DNA of 64,000 bases from Pseudomonadota bacterium (GTDB lineage: Bacteria > Pseudomonadota > Gammaproteobacteria > Burkholderiales > SG8-39), in NCBI GenBank assembly GCA_040752005.1, contig JBFMFX010000015.1, positions 504 through 64,503 of the forward strand. Reading direction: 5' to 3'. The position numbers were made by a program, and so were the translations under genes. Below, piece by piece: positions 1 to 12,069 of the stretch; the first letter of the stretch is position 1; each line of letters opens with the position of its first letter. Under the pieces are notes generated by a model that had not been told where the DNA came from, did not search any database, and saw only the letters and a program-made list of their open reading frames with translations.

Positions 1-355
1 CCGACGTCGTCGTCACCAACCCCGAGCATTACGCGGTGGCGATCGCCTGGCGCGAGGGCGAGATGGCCGCGCCGCGCGTGCTCGCCAAGGGCCGGGGGCT
101 GCTCGCCGAGCGCATTCGCGAGCTCGCGCGCGCCGCGGGCGTTCCGCTGCTCGCTGCACCGCCGCTCGCGCGCGCGCTCTATCGCCACGTCGAGGTGGGC
201 GAATCGGTGCCGCAGGCGCTCTACGGCGCGGTGGCGCAGGCGCTCGCCTGGGTTTATCAGCTTCGCGCCGCGCACGCCGTCGGCGCCGCCGCGCCCGAAC
301 CGCCGCGATCGTTCGAGGTGCCGGCGGCGATGGATCCGGCACCCGGGGCCGCGCC

Positions 356-359
<4 letters not shown>
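1..359 (+). CDS. flhB: Flagellar export switch protein FlhB, C-terminal part (5' end outside window)
   Basis: Frame from nt 3 reads DVVVTNPEHYAVA (NPTH-type autocleavage motif) then PLARALY; overlaps the flhA start. Confidence 0.93.
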
Positions 360-2418
<2,059 letters not shown>

Positions 2419-2422
<4 letters not shown>

Positions 2423-3522
2423 ACGCGGTCGCAAGCCGGTTCACCGCGCCGAACGCGGCCGAGGCGCTGCGCCGGGCGCGCGCCGCGCTCGGACCCGACG
2501 CGCTGGTACTTTCCAGCCGCCAGACGAGCGCAGGCGTCGAGCTGCTCGCCGCTCCGGCGCACGCGCTCGAGCGGCTCGCCGTAGCCGATGCGGCGGCGCC
2601 GGCTGGCCGGATGCTCGAGGAGCTGCGCGCACTCGCCGCGCGCATCTCGCAGCAGCTCGGGCGACTCGCCTGGACCGAGGACGCGCGCCGGCGCCCTGCG
2701 GTCGCGCGACTTGCGGCGCGGTTGCTCGCCGCCGGCTTCGGCGCCGAAATTGCGCGCACGATCGCCGAGCGCGTGCCCGAGGGCCAGACCGATGCACAGG
2801 CCGACGCCTGGGCGCGCCGCGTGATCGCGAAGAATCTTCTGTGCGCCGGGCCGCAGGACGAACCGCTTGCCCGGGGGGGCGTGTACGCCCTCATCGGTCC
2901 GACGGGCGTCGGAAAGACCACCACGCTCGCCAAGCTCGCGGCGCGCGCGGTCGTGCGCCACGGCGCGCAATCGCTCGGCCTGGTGAGCACCGACGGGTAC
3001 CGGATCGGGGCGCTCGATCAGTTGCGCACCTACGCGCGCATCCTTGGCGTGCCGCTGCACGCGGCGGCCGACGACGCCGAACTCGCGCAGGCGCTCGAGG
3101 CGCTTTCCGGGCGCCGGCTCGTACTGATTGACACCGCCGGCGTCGGCCAGCGCGACGCGCGGCTGCGCGAGCACCTGGAGCTTCTCGCCCGCCCGCGCAT
3201 CGGCCGCGTTCTTGTTCTCTCGGCGGCGAACCAGTCGGAGGCGATCGAGGACGCGGTCCTCGCCTATCGCGGCGCGGGGCTGGAAGGCATCGTTCTCACC
3301 AAGCTCGACGAAGCGCGAAGCCTGGGCGGTGCGCTGGATGCCGCCCTGCGCCATCGCCTGAAGATCATCGCGGTCGCCGACGGGCAGCGCGTGCCCGAAG
3401 ACCTGCACGCACCGGTCGCCGGGCTGCTTGCCGAGCGCGCGCTCGGCGCCGAGGAGCCGGAGTGCGCCGCCGCTGACGCGGTGTGGACGCATGCGCTCGC
3501 GCGCAGCCTCGCCCATGCCTAG
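2419..3522 (+). CDS. flhF: SRP-family GTPase FlhF
   Basis: GPTGVGKTTT, DTAG, TKLDE, GQRVPEDL; follows flhA. Confidence 0.93.
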
Positions 3523-4306
3523 CGGTCGCGCCGATCAGGCGGCGGGTCTGCGCCGCGTCCTCGCGCCGCGCAAGCTGCGCGTGCTTCCGATCGCGGCCGG
3601 GTGCCGGGGCGTGGGAAGGACGACCTTGGCGCTGGGGCTGGCCTGCGCGGCGGCGCGGGCCGGGCTGCGCACCGTGCTTCTCGATGCCGCGGGAGACGCC
3701 GCCGCGGCGCTTTCGCTCACCTGGCGCTGGGAGCTTGTGCATCTGCTCGAGGGCGAGCGCGAATACGGCGAAGTCGCCCTCAGGGGGCCGGGAGAAATTC
3801 ACCTCGTGCCTGCCGCGCGCGGCGTCGCCGCGCTCTGCGGGCAGCCGGATGGGGGCATGCGCCTGTTCGAAGCGTTCGCGCGCCTTGCAGCGCGGCCGGA
3901 TCTGCTCGTCTTCAACGCCCCGGTGCGCGAGGCCGCGCCTTGCGCGCTCGTGCCCGCCGACGCCGACCTGCTCCTCGTCACCTCGCCCTCGCAGGAAGCG
4001 GTGAAGGCGACGTACGCGCGGCTGAAAGAGCTTGCACGGCGGCACGGCAGACGGCGCGCGCGGCTGATCGTCAACCGGGCGACGCCCGAGCGCGCGCGCG
4101 GGCTGCACGCACACATGGCCGAGGTCGCACGCCGGTTCCTCGGTGTCGAGCTTGCCTGGGGCGCGAGCCTTGCCGCGGCGCCGGAGCTTGCCGCGCTCGG
4201 CGCCGGCGCTGCGGCCGGGCAGGCGTGTGCGCGCTTTTCGACCCTAGTGGTGGCGATGGACGACTGGGCGCTCGCGCAGTTCGGCGCGCCGCAACCCGAG
4301 CGCTGA
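3515..4306 (+). CDS. flhG: FlhG/FleN (MinD-like) flagellar number regulator with a degenerate P-loop
   Basis: ATG 3515; DQAAGLRR N-terminal motif; lies between flhF and fliA; Walker A reads GCRGVGRT. Confidence 0.8.
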   Translation: MPSGRADQAAGLRRVLAPRKLRVLPIAAGCRGVGRTTLALGLACAAARAGLRTVLLDAAGDAAAALSLTWRWELVHLLEGEREYGEVALRGPGEIHLVPAARGVAALCGQPDGGMRLFEAFARLAARPDLLVFNAPVREAAPCALVPADADLLLVTSPSQEAVKATYARLKELARRHGRRRARLIVNRATPERARGLHAHMAEVARRFLGVELAWGASLAAAPELAALGAGAAAGQACARFSTLVVAMDDWALAQFGAPQPER

Positions 4307-4318
4307 GGCGGGAACGCG

Positions 4319-5029
4319 ATGTACACGCAAAAAGGAACGTTGAGCCGCGACGAGGCGATCCGGCGCCACGCGCCGCTGGTGCGCCGGATGGCGCACCACC
4401 TGATCGCGCGGCTTCCGGCGAGCGTCGAGCTGGACGATGTGATCCAGGCGGGCATGATGGGGCTGCTCGATGCCATCCAGCGCTACGAGGACGATCACGG
4501 CGCGCAGTTCGAGACCTACGCCGCGCAGCGCATCCGCGGCGCGATGCTCGACGCCCTGCGCGCGCACGACTGGCTGCCGCGCGGGGTGCGCCGTGCGCAG
4601 CGACGCATTGACAAGGCGCTGCGGGCGCTCGAGCACCGGCTCGGCCGCGCGCCCGCCGAGGCCGAGATCGCGAACGAGCTCGGGCTCTCGCTCGAAGAGT
4701 ACCGGCGGTTGCTCGAGGAGGCGCGCGGCACGCAGCTCCTTTTCTATGAGGATCTCGCGCCCGGGGCCGAGGACGAGCGCGCGGACGAGGACACCCCGGA
4801 CCGGCAGGCCGATCCCCTCGCGCGACTGGAGGACCGCAGGTTCCGCGAGGCGCTGGTGGCCGCCATCGAGCGCCTGCCCGAGCGCGAACGGCAGGTGATG
4901 GGCATGTATTACGAGCAAGAGCTTACGCTGAAGGAGATTGCCGCGGTCCTAGGGGTAACCGAGTCGCGCGTCTGCCAGATCCACGCACAGGCGATTGCGC
5001 GACTGCGCTCACGGCTAAAGGGGTGGTGA
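4319..5029 (+). CDS. fliA: Flagellar sigma factor FliA (sigma-28)
   Basis: FETYAAQRIRGAMLD and LTLKEIAAVLGVTESRVCQIH. Confidence 0.96.
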   Translation: MYTQKGTLSRDEAIRRHAPLVRRMAHHLIARLPASVELDDVIQAGMMGLLDAIQRYEDDHGAQFETYAAQRIRGAMLDALRAHDWLPRGVRRAQRRIDKALRALEHRLGRAPAEAEIANELGLSLEEYRRLLEEARGTQLLFYEDLAPGAEDERADEDTPDRQADPLARLEDRRFREALVAAIERLPERERQVMGMYYEQELTLKEIAAVLGVTESRVCQIHAQAIARLRSRLKGW

Positions 5030-5093
5030 GCGCGCGCGGGCGCGGCGGCGCAGTATCGCTTATCATTTCGGCGGGGCTCTGCTCGAAGGGCCC

Positions 5094-5120
5094 TTAAGAT
5101 CTCCCGGGGCGCGCCGTCAT
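5094..5120 (+). promoter_or_regulatory. Candidate sigma-28 promoter for the response regulator gene
   Basis: TTAA-N15-GCCGTCAT versus consensus TAAA-N15-GCCGATAA. Confidence 0.35.
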
Positions 5121-5144
5121 CATCTCTCAGACCGGATCCGAATC

Positions 5145-5582
5145 GTGGAGGCCGCAGACATCGCTGTCCTGATCATCGAGGATAACGTCAACGATGCCGA
5201 GCTGACGCTGCGGGCGCTGCGCGGGCTGGTGGGCCCCGAACGGATCCTGCATCTTGAAGACGGCGTCAAGGCCGCCGAGTACCTGACGGGTCAGGCAGGG
5301 GCCGGCGGCCGGTTGCCGCGCGTTGTTCTGCTCGACTTGAAACTCCCGAGAGTGGACGGGCTGGAACTGCTGCGCCTGATCAAGACCGACCCGCGCACGC
5401 AGTCGGTGCCGGTGGTGGTGCTTACGTCCTCGCGCGAGGAGCACGACCTGCGCGAGAGCTACCGGCTCGGCGCGAACAGCTATCTCGTCAAGCCGGTCGG
5501 CTTTCAGGAGTACGTCGCGGTGGTGGCCCACGCCGGCCGCTACTGGCTGGAACTCAACCAGCTTCCTCCCGCCTCGCGCTAG
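5145..5582 (+). CDS. Single-domain response regulator (Rcp1-like REC)
   Basis: IIEDN, LLDLKLPRVDG, LTSS, LGANSYLVKP. Confidence 0.88.
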   Translation: MEAADIAVLIIEDNVNDAELTLRALRGLVGPERILHLEDGVKAAEYLTGQAGAGGRLPRVVLLDLKLPRVDGLELLRLIKTDPRTQSVPVVVLTSSREEHDLRESYRLGANSYLVKPVGFQEYVAVVAHAGRYWLELNQLPPASR

Positions 5583-5652
5583 GCGCGCTCATCTGTCCGG
5601 CGGCCCGTAAAGGTGGCGATCGGGATCGCATCGTCCAGGGAGCGGCGCGCCG

Positions 5653-6989
5653 ATGGATCGAGCGGTGGGCGTTCTTTTGATCGCGGCCGGCCTGGGGAGG
5701 GCCGCCTGGTTCGGTTTCTCGGCGGGCACGCTGCACCTGCTCGCCGAGCTGGCGATGCCGACGCTGCTTCCGGCGCTGCTTGCGGTGCTGTGCGGCACGC
5801 TGCTGCTTCAGCAGGCCCGGCTGCGGGCGAGCGAGGCGCGCTAATCGCCGGCGCGCTCAAGCGCGAGGACGCGTCCAAGGGCACGATCTGGATCGTCGAG
5901 GACATCACCGAACGCAAGTGCGCCGCCGAACGGCTCTTCGCCGAAAAGGAGCGCGCCCAGGCGACGCTGCAGGCGATCGGCGATGCGGTCATCGTCGCCG
6001 ACCGCGCCGGCTGGATCGAGTTCATGAACCCGGAGGCCGAGCGGATGACCGGCTGCGATCTGATGCAGGCCGCCGGCGCGCAGGTGGCGGCAGTTCTCAA
6101 CCTCGCCGACGAGGAAAGCGGCGCGCCGCTCGAGGATCCGGTGACCCAGGTGCTCGCCGGCGGGATCGTCGTCCAGGGTTGCGGCGCGCTGCTCGAGCGG
6201 GCCGACGGCACGCGCCTGGTGGTGGATTACTCGGCGGCGCCGGTCCGCAACGCCGCGCACGAGATCGTCGGCGCGGTCGTCGCGCTGCGCGATGTCACCG
6301 CGGCGCGCGAGATGGCGCGCAAGGTCTCGTGGCAGGCGACGCACGACGAGCTGACGGGGCTCGTCAACCGGCGCGAGTTCGAGCGCCGCCTGGGCGATGC
6401 GCTTGCCGAGGTGCGGCGCTCGGGCGCGGCGCATGCGGTGCTCTTTCTCGACCTCGACCAGTTCAAGGTGGTCAGTGACACTTGCGGCCATGCCGCCGGC
6501 GACGAGCTGCTGCGCCAGATCGCGCAGGCGCTCGCGCGCCAGATCCGGCAGAGCGACACGCTCGCGCGCCGCCGCGTCGAGCCGCAGGCGCTGTGCTTCG
6601 AGATCACCGAGACCACGGCGGTCGCCGATCTGGCGCGCGCCGCGCGCTTCATCGCGGCGCTCAAGGCGATCGGCTGCCGCTTCTCGCTCGACGATTTCGG
6701 CAGCGGCATGAGCTCGTTCGCCTACCTGAAGAACCTGCCGGTGGACTACCTCAAGATAGACGGCAGTTTTGTCAAGCAGCTGCACCGCGATCCGATAGAC
6801 TGCGCGATGGTCGAGGCGATCCATCGGGTCGGGCACGTCATGGGCATCGCGACGATCGCCGAGTTCGTCGAGAGCGGCGAGATCCTGGAGCGGCTGCGCG
6901 CGATCGGCGTGGACTACGCGCAGGGCTATGGCATCGCCCGGCCGCAGCCGCTCGAGTCGCTCGCCGCGCTAGACCGCCGGGCTGCCTGA
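5653..6989 (+). pseudogene. Membrane-anchored PAS-GGDEF-EAL gene broken by a frameshift/deletion and an internal GGDEF-EAL deletion
   Basis: Hydrophobic ORF 5653-5844 stops, and a PAC tail (IWIVEDITERK) follows in another frame. The GGDEF N-half ends at SDTLAR and joins directly to the EAL C-half (ALCFEITET, DDFGSG). GGDEF and EAL signature motifs are both absent. Confidence 0.75.
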
Positions 6990-9017
6990 GGCGGCTGCCG
7001 GAAGCGTGAAGCGGAAAGTGGCACCCGCCCCGGGCGCCGACTGCGCCCAGATGCGGCCGCCATGGCGCTCGACGATGCGCCGGGCGATCGCCAGTCCGGC
7101 ACCGGTGCCTTCGAATGCGGAGGCCGGGTGCAGGCGCTGGAACACGCCGAAGAGTTTCGCGCCATAGCGCATGTCGAAGCCGACCCCGTTGTCGCGCACC
7201 CAGTACTCGACCGATCCCGTGGCCTCGGGCGCGCCGCCGATCTCGATGCGCGGCGGCGCCGCGTGGCGCGAGAACTTGAGCGCATTGCCGATCAGGTTGA
7301 TCCACACCTGGTGCACGAGGCGCGCATCGGCGTGCGCTGGCGGCAGCTCGCCCAGCACGATCTCGGCGCGCTCGGCGCCGTTGAGCTCGGCGAGCACCGA
7401 TCGCACCAGCGCGCGCATGTCGAGCGGCTCGGGGGAGAGCGCCGCCCGGCCGCTGCGCGACAGCTCGAGCAGCGCGTCGAGCAACTGGCCCATGCGCAGC
7501 GCGTTGTCCTCGATGCGCGCCAGGTAGCCGGCAGGCTCGCCCTCGAGTGCGGCGGCGAAGTCTTCGCGCAGGATGTGCGCGAAGCCGGCGATCGCGCGTA
7601 GCGGCGCGCGCAGGTCGTGCGACACCGAGTAGGCGAAGCTCTCCAGCTCGCGGTTGGCGGCCGCGAGCGCGGCGGTGCGCTCGGCGACGCGTCGCTCGAG
7701 GGTCGCGGCGAGCGTGCGCAGCTCGCCTTCGATGCGCGCGCGCTCGATTTCGGCGGCGGCGCGCGCGGCGAAAATCTCCAGCACCGAGCGCCACAGCCGC
7801 TCGCGCGCGATCGGGCGGCGCGACACCGCGACCAGGATCCCGAGCGGCGCGCCGCGCGAATCGAGGAGCGCCGTGCCGGCGTAGCCCTCGGCCTGCAGGC
7901 GCGCAAGGCCGGCGTCGCGCGGATAGAGGGCGCGCACGCCTGCGGGATGCACGACGCTGCCGGCGCGCTCGAACACACGCTCGCAGGGCGAGCCGGCGAG
8001 CGGATATTCGAAACCCTCGGCCGGCGCGCCGTCGCGCCAGACCGCGAGCGCGCGCACGCGCTCGTTCCGTGGCGCCACCAGTTCTGCGGCGAAGACGGTG
8101 TCGGCAGACAGTTCGCGCGCAAGCCGCGCCACCAGCTCTTGCAGGAACGCGCCGCCGGAGGACGGCGAGACCGCGCGCGCGATGTCGAGCAGCAGCCGTT
8201 CCAGCTCGCGGTTCTCGTTGACGTCGGCCCAGACCCAGAGCACGCAGCGCTCGCCGGAGAACTCGATCGGGGCGGCCGAGACAAGCACGTCGAGCAGCCC
8301 CCCGTCGGCGCGGCGAAAGCGGGTGGCGAAGCCCCGCAGCGCGCCGTCGGCTTCCAGCCGCGCCATCGCCTCGACCCGGTCGGCGGGCTCGGCCCATAGC
8401 CGGAGGTCCGCCGCGCTGCGCCCGAGCGCGCGCTCGCGCGCGATTCCGGTCATGCGCTCCCAGGCGTCGTTCACCTCGAGATGGTGGCCCTCGGTCGCGG
8501 TGGCAAGCGCGATCGCCACCGGACTGGTGGCGAAGAGCGCCGCGAACTTCGCTTCGGAGCGCGCCGCCCGCGCCTCGATCGCCTTGCGCGCGCTGCAATC
8601 GCGCACGACGCCCCACATTCGCACGGTGCGGCCGTCCGCCCCGCGAAGCGCTCGTCCGTAGACCTCCATCCAGCGCACGCTGCCGTCGGGCAGCTGCACG
8701 CGCTCTTCGCCGTGGTACTCGTCGCGCTCGCCGCGCAGGCAGGAGACGTAGAGGGCGCGCGCCGCCGCGCGGTCCTCCGGATGCACATGGGCGAGATAGT
8801 CCCGGAACGTCCCGGAGAACGCGCCCGGAGCAAGCCCGAGAAGCGGCGACAGGTCTCCGTACCAGGTCACCCGGTCGCGCCGCAGATCCCAGACCCAGGT
8901 GCAAAGGCCGAGCGCCTGCTGCGCCAGGGCGAGCGCGGAGTCAGTGCCGCGGCGCGCGCTCGTGCACTTGCCCTTTTGCCAGGTACGGCGGCTGTGCCGG
9001 GGCATGGCACCCGCCAT
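6969..9017 (-). CDS. PAS-PAS-GAF sensor histidine kinase
   Basis: SVSHDLRAPLR H-box, NLIGNALKF, DNGVGFD, GAGLAIARRIVERHGG; start uncertain. Confidence 0.88.
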   Translation of the reverse strand: MAGAMPRHSRRTWQKGKCTSARRGTDSALALAQQALGLCTWVWDLRRDRVTWYGDLSPLLGLAPGAFSGTFRDYLAHVHPEDRAAARALYVSCLRGERDEYHGEERVQLPDGSVRWMEVYGRALRGADGRTVRMWGVVRDCSARKAIEARAARSEAKFAALFATSPVAIALATATEGHHLEVNDAWERMTGIARERALGRSAADLRLWAEPADRVEAMARLEADGALRGFATRFRRADGGLLDVLVSAAPIEFSGERCVLWVWADVNENRELERLLLDIARAVSPSSGGAFLQELVARLARELSADTVFAAELVAPRNERVRALAVWRDGAPAEGFEYPLAGSPCERVFERAGSVVHPAGVRALYPRDAGLARLQAEGYAGTALLDSRGAPLGILVAVSRRPIARERLWRSVLEIFAARAAAEIERARIEGELRTLAATLERRVAERTAALAAANRELESFAYSVSHDLRAPLRAIAGFAHILREDFAAALEGEPAGYLARIEDNALRMGQLLDALLELSRSGRAALSPEPLDMRALVRSVLAELNGAERAEIVLGELPPAHADARLVHQVWINLIGNALKFSRHAAPPRIEIGGAPEATGSVEYWVRDNGVGFDMRYGAKLFGVFQRLHPASAFEGTGAGLAIARRIVERHGGRIWAQSAPGAGATFRFTLPAAASGSPAV

Positions 9018-9035
9018 CTTACCGGCCGGCGCCGC

Positions 9036-9464
9036 TCAGGCTGCGCCGAGCACGCGCGCCGGGCCTGAAGGCGGAATCGGCCCGGCCGGACCGTAGCCCG
9101 CGCCGGCCACGGTGCCGACGAGGCTCGCCAGACGCGCGTGCACGAAACCCGCTTGCACGGCGATCAGTCTGCCGTTCGCCTCGTTGAGCGAGCGGGCGCG
9201 TTGCGCCTCGCCCAGCAGCGCGCGCCAGGCCTGGGCGGCCGCCTCGCCCTGCGCCTGATCCGGCCGCGCCGCAAGGCGCGCGCGCGCCGCGCCGAGCCCC
9301 TCGGCGCGGTGAACGGCCTGTTCCTTCTCGCGGGCAATTTCCTCGATCGGTTCGGCTTCCCCTGCGGCAAGCAGCACCTGCTCGCGCTCGAGCACGGCCA
9401 CCAGCGCCGCGAGCGCCGCGCGCTCGGCCGCCAGCGCCTGCAGCAGTTCGTCCGGCGCCGTCAT
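9036..9464 (-). CDS. flgN: Flagellar chaperone FlgN
   Basis: ATG 9464; helical, ARSLNEANGRLI; downstream of flgM. Confidence 0.8.
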   Translation of the reverse strand: MTAPDELLQALAAERAALAALVAVLEREQVLLAAGEAEPIEEIAREKEQAVHRAEGLGAARARLAARPDQAQGEAAAQAWRALLGEAQRARSLNEANGRLIAVQAGFVHARLASLVGTVAGAGYGPAGPIPPSGPARVLGAA

Positions 9465-9757
9465 GGCGATCCCGGCCGCGGGCCGAGCAGCTCCTTCAGG
9501 CTCTGGATGAGCCGGTCGGCCACCACTTCGGCGTTGACCTTGAAACGCCCTTCCCGAATGGCGGCCTTGATTTCCTCGACCCGGGCCGAATCGAACGGCG
9601 CGGAGGCACCCATCTCGGCCTCGATGCGGTGCAACTGCCCGGCGAGATCCGAAAGCGTGATTCTCGCCTGCGCGCCTTCGCGCGGGCGAGCCGGTCCGGA
9701 GGCGTCCGAGACGGTGCGCTCGAACTTCGGCCCATCGCCCAAGCCGTTGATTTTCAT
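9461..9757 (-). CDS. flgM: Anti-sigma-28 factor FlgM
   Basis: MKIN...FDSARVEEIKAAIREGRFKVNAEVVADRLI; GAGGAG RBS. Confidence 0.92.
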   Translation of the reverse strand: MKINGLGDGPKFERTVSDASGPARPREGAQARITLSDLAGQLHRIEAEMGASAPFDSARVEEIKAAIREGRFKVNAEVVADRLIQSLKELLGPRPGSP

Positions 9758-9803
9758 CGCTGTCTCCTCGTCGGCAGCAGGCCCGGCGCCGGCTGCATCC
9801 AGG

Positions 9804-9830
9804 GTATCGGCAGCAAGCGGCCAATCTTGA
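9804..9830 (-). promoter_or_regulatory. Sigma-28 promoter of flgM
   Basis: Minus strand TCAA-N15-GCCGATAC, between flgA and flgM. Confidence 0.7.
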
Positions 9831-9848
9831 GATCCGCTGCAGGCATCT

Positions 9849-10529
9849 TCAGCGCGCGAGCTCGACCACCCGGTTCGCCCGGGCGATTCCGGTGAGCGTA
9901 CGGCCACTCGCGGTCTGAACGCGCACGCTCTGGCCCTCGGCTGCGGCGGTGACCGCCCTGGCATCGGCGGAGATCGTGAACCCGGGGCCCGAGACAACCA
10001 GCTTCACGGTGTCGCCCGCGTGCACCGCCGGGCGGGCGCGCAGATACTCTGGACGCAGCAACTGACCCGCCGCGAGCGGCCGCGCAAGCACCCGGTTTGC
10101 GATCGCCGCAGGGTCGAGGATCGCCCCCGGCGGCTCGCGCGTGAGCTCGACTTCCTCGACGCGCACGTCCTGCGGCGAAAGCTCGGCTCCGGGGGCAAGC
10201 GCCCGCGCGGCGACCGGCGCATGGGCGTAGATGCGCACCTGCACGGGAAACCAGGCGGTTACCGCGGGGCCCTCGGCGCAGCGCACGCCGGCGATCAGCC
10301 GTCCCCACGGGCGCGCGCCCGCCGGCAGGAACGGTTCGAGACGGGTGCATGCCGATAGGTCCACGCGCGCGTCGGGTGCGCCGACCGTCACCTCGACGCG
10401 GCCGGGAAGCCCGCCCGCCGCGCGCTCGACGAGCAGGCGCAGGCTCTCCGGCGCGGCCTGAGCGTTCGCGACGCTGCTCGGCGCGTACAGGGCGACCGCG
10501 GTGCAGAGCGGCGCAAGGAAATGTCTCAT
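9849..10529 (-). CDS. flgA: P-ring assembly chaperone FlgA
   Basis: Signal peptide, SAF-like domain, GQSVRV; divergent from flgB. Confidence 0.88.
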   Translation of the reverse strand: MRHFLAPLCTAVALYAPSSVANAQAAPESLRLLVERAAGGLPGRVEVTVGAPDARVDLSACTRLEPFLPAGARPWGRLIAGVRCAEGPAVTAWFPVQVRIYAHAPVAARALAPGAELSPQDVRVEEVELTREPPGAILDPAAIANRVLARPLAAGQLLRPEYLRARPAVHAGDTVKLVVSGPGFTISADARAVTAAAEGQSVRVQTASGRTLTGIARANRVVELAR

Positions 10530-10641
10530 CCGGGCGGCAGCGTACGCGCGCGCGCGGGCTCGGTGCGCCCGGAATAGCGCCGTCTTCTGCGGCCTGATCG
10601 CGCGATTCGGCCGCGGCGCGCGCGTGCATACTCGGCGCGAC

Positions 10642-10986
10642 ATGATGAACCGGATCGAAGACGCGCTGCGCGCCCAGAGCCTCGCCCTGGAGCTGCGCGC
10701 GCATCGCCAGAGCGTGCTCGCTTCCAACATCGCCAACGCCGAGACGCCTGGCTACCGCGCGGTGGATTTCGATTTTGCGCGCGCGCTGCGCGCCGCGCTC
10801 GCGCGCCCGGGCGCGCCGCTGCCGCGCCCGCAGCCGCAGGCCGAGGCGCAGCCTGCGGCCGACGGCAATACCGTGGACATGGACGCCGAGCGCGCGAAGT
10901 TCGCCGACAACGCGGTGCGCTACGAGGCGGCGCTCAGGGCGCTGAACGGGCAGATCCGGACGCTGCTCGACGCGATCCGGGGCTAG
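10642..10986 (+). CDS. flgB: Basal-body rod protein FlgB
   Basis: LASNIANAETPGYRA, DGNTVDMD. Confidence 0.93.
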   Translation: MMNRIEDALRAQSLALELRAHRQSVLASNIANAETPGYRAVDFDFARALRAALARPGAPLPRPQPQAEAQPAADGNTVDMDAERAKFADNAVRYEAALRALNGQIRTLLDAIRG

Positions 10987-10990
10987 CGCC

Positions 10991-11392
10991 ATGTCGCTCG
11001 CGCGCGCATTCGACATCGCCGCCGGGGCTGTCGCCGCCCAGGCGCAGCGGCTCAACGCCGTGGCGAGCAATCTCGCCAACGCCGAGAGCGCCGCGGCGCC
11101 GAACGAGTCCCCGTACCGCGCGCGGCAGGTGCTGTTCGAGGCGACGCCGGCACGCGACGGCACCGCCGGCGTGCGCGTCGCGGCGGTGCTCGAAGATCCG
11201 GCTCCGGCGCGCCGTCACTACGATCCCCGCCATCCGCTCGCCGACGCGCAGGGCTACGTGACGCTGTCCAACGTGAACGTCGTGGACGAGATGATCAACA
11301 TGGTATCGGCCGCGCGTGCCTACCAGAACAACCTCGAGGTCATGAACACGGCGAAGACGCTGATGCTCAGGACCCTGAACCTCGGCGCCTGA
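10991..11392 (+). CDS. flgC: Basal-body rod protein FlgC
   Basis: ASNLANAES, YDPRHPLAD, NVNVVDEMINM. Confidence 0.95.
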   Translation: MSLARAFDIAAGAVAAQAQRLNAVASNLANAESAAAPNESPYRARQVLFEATPARDGTAGVRVAAVLEDPAPARRHYDPRHPLADAQGYVTLSNVNVVDEMINMVSAARAYQNNLEVMNTAKTLMLRTLNLGA

Positions 11393-11403
11393 AGGAGCGC
11401 GCA

Positions 11404-12057
11404 ATGACGACCGAAGTGCAAGGCGTTTCCGCGGCGGCGCCGGCGCGCCCGGCCGCGATGCCGGCCGCCGCGGACCACGAAGACCGCTTCCTGCGGCTGC
11501 TGGTGGCGCAGATGCGCAACCAGGATCCCCTCAATCCGCTGGACAACGCGCAGGTGACGGCGCAGATGGCACAGATCGCGACGGTGCGCGGAATCGAGCG
11601 GTTGAACGAGACGCTGCGCGCGATCGCCACCGGAGCGCAGGAGGCGCAATCGCTGCAGGCGGCGATGCTGATCGGGCGCGAGGTCCTCGTCGAGGGCGAG
11701 GCGATCGAGCTTGGGCCGCAAGGCGCGCGCGCCGGATTCGAACTCGCCGCGGACGCCGACCGTGTCACCGTCACCGTGCTCGATGCCGCCGGCCGAGTCG
11801 TGCACCGCGCCGATCTGGGCGCGCGGGCGGCGGGCATCCACGCCGTTTTCTGGGACGGCGTCGGCGACGCAGGCGAGCGGCTCGCCGACGGCACCTACCG
11901 CATCGCCGTCGCCGCCGAGCGCTCGGGCGCCGCGGCCGAGGCGACCGCCCTCGCCGCTGCGCGCGTGCTCGGTGTGGCGCGCGACGCCGCGGGCGTGCAG
12001 CTCGATCTGGCGGGCGTCGGACGCCGGCCCTACGGCGCCGTGAAGCAGATTCTGTAG
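11404..12057 (+). CDS. flgD: Hook cap protein FlgD
   Basis: FLRLLVAQMRNQDPLNP. Confidence 0.94.
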   Translation: MTTEVQGVSAAAPARPAAMPAAADHEDRFLRLLVAQMRNQDPLNPLDNAQVTAQMAQIATVRGIERLNETLRAIATGAQEAQSLQAAMLIGREVLVEGEAIELGPQGARAGFELAADADRVTVTVLDAAGRVVHRADLGARAAGIHAVFWDGVGDAGERLADGTYRIAVAAERSGAAAEATALAAARVLGVARDAAGVQLDLAGVGRRPYGAVKQIL

Positions 12058-12069
12058 AGGAGGCGATTC

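Noticed and set aside
18-29. FlhB cleavage motif NPEH rather than NPTH
   Set aside because: The catalytic Asn-Pro is intact and the substitution is minor.
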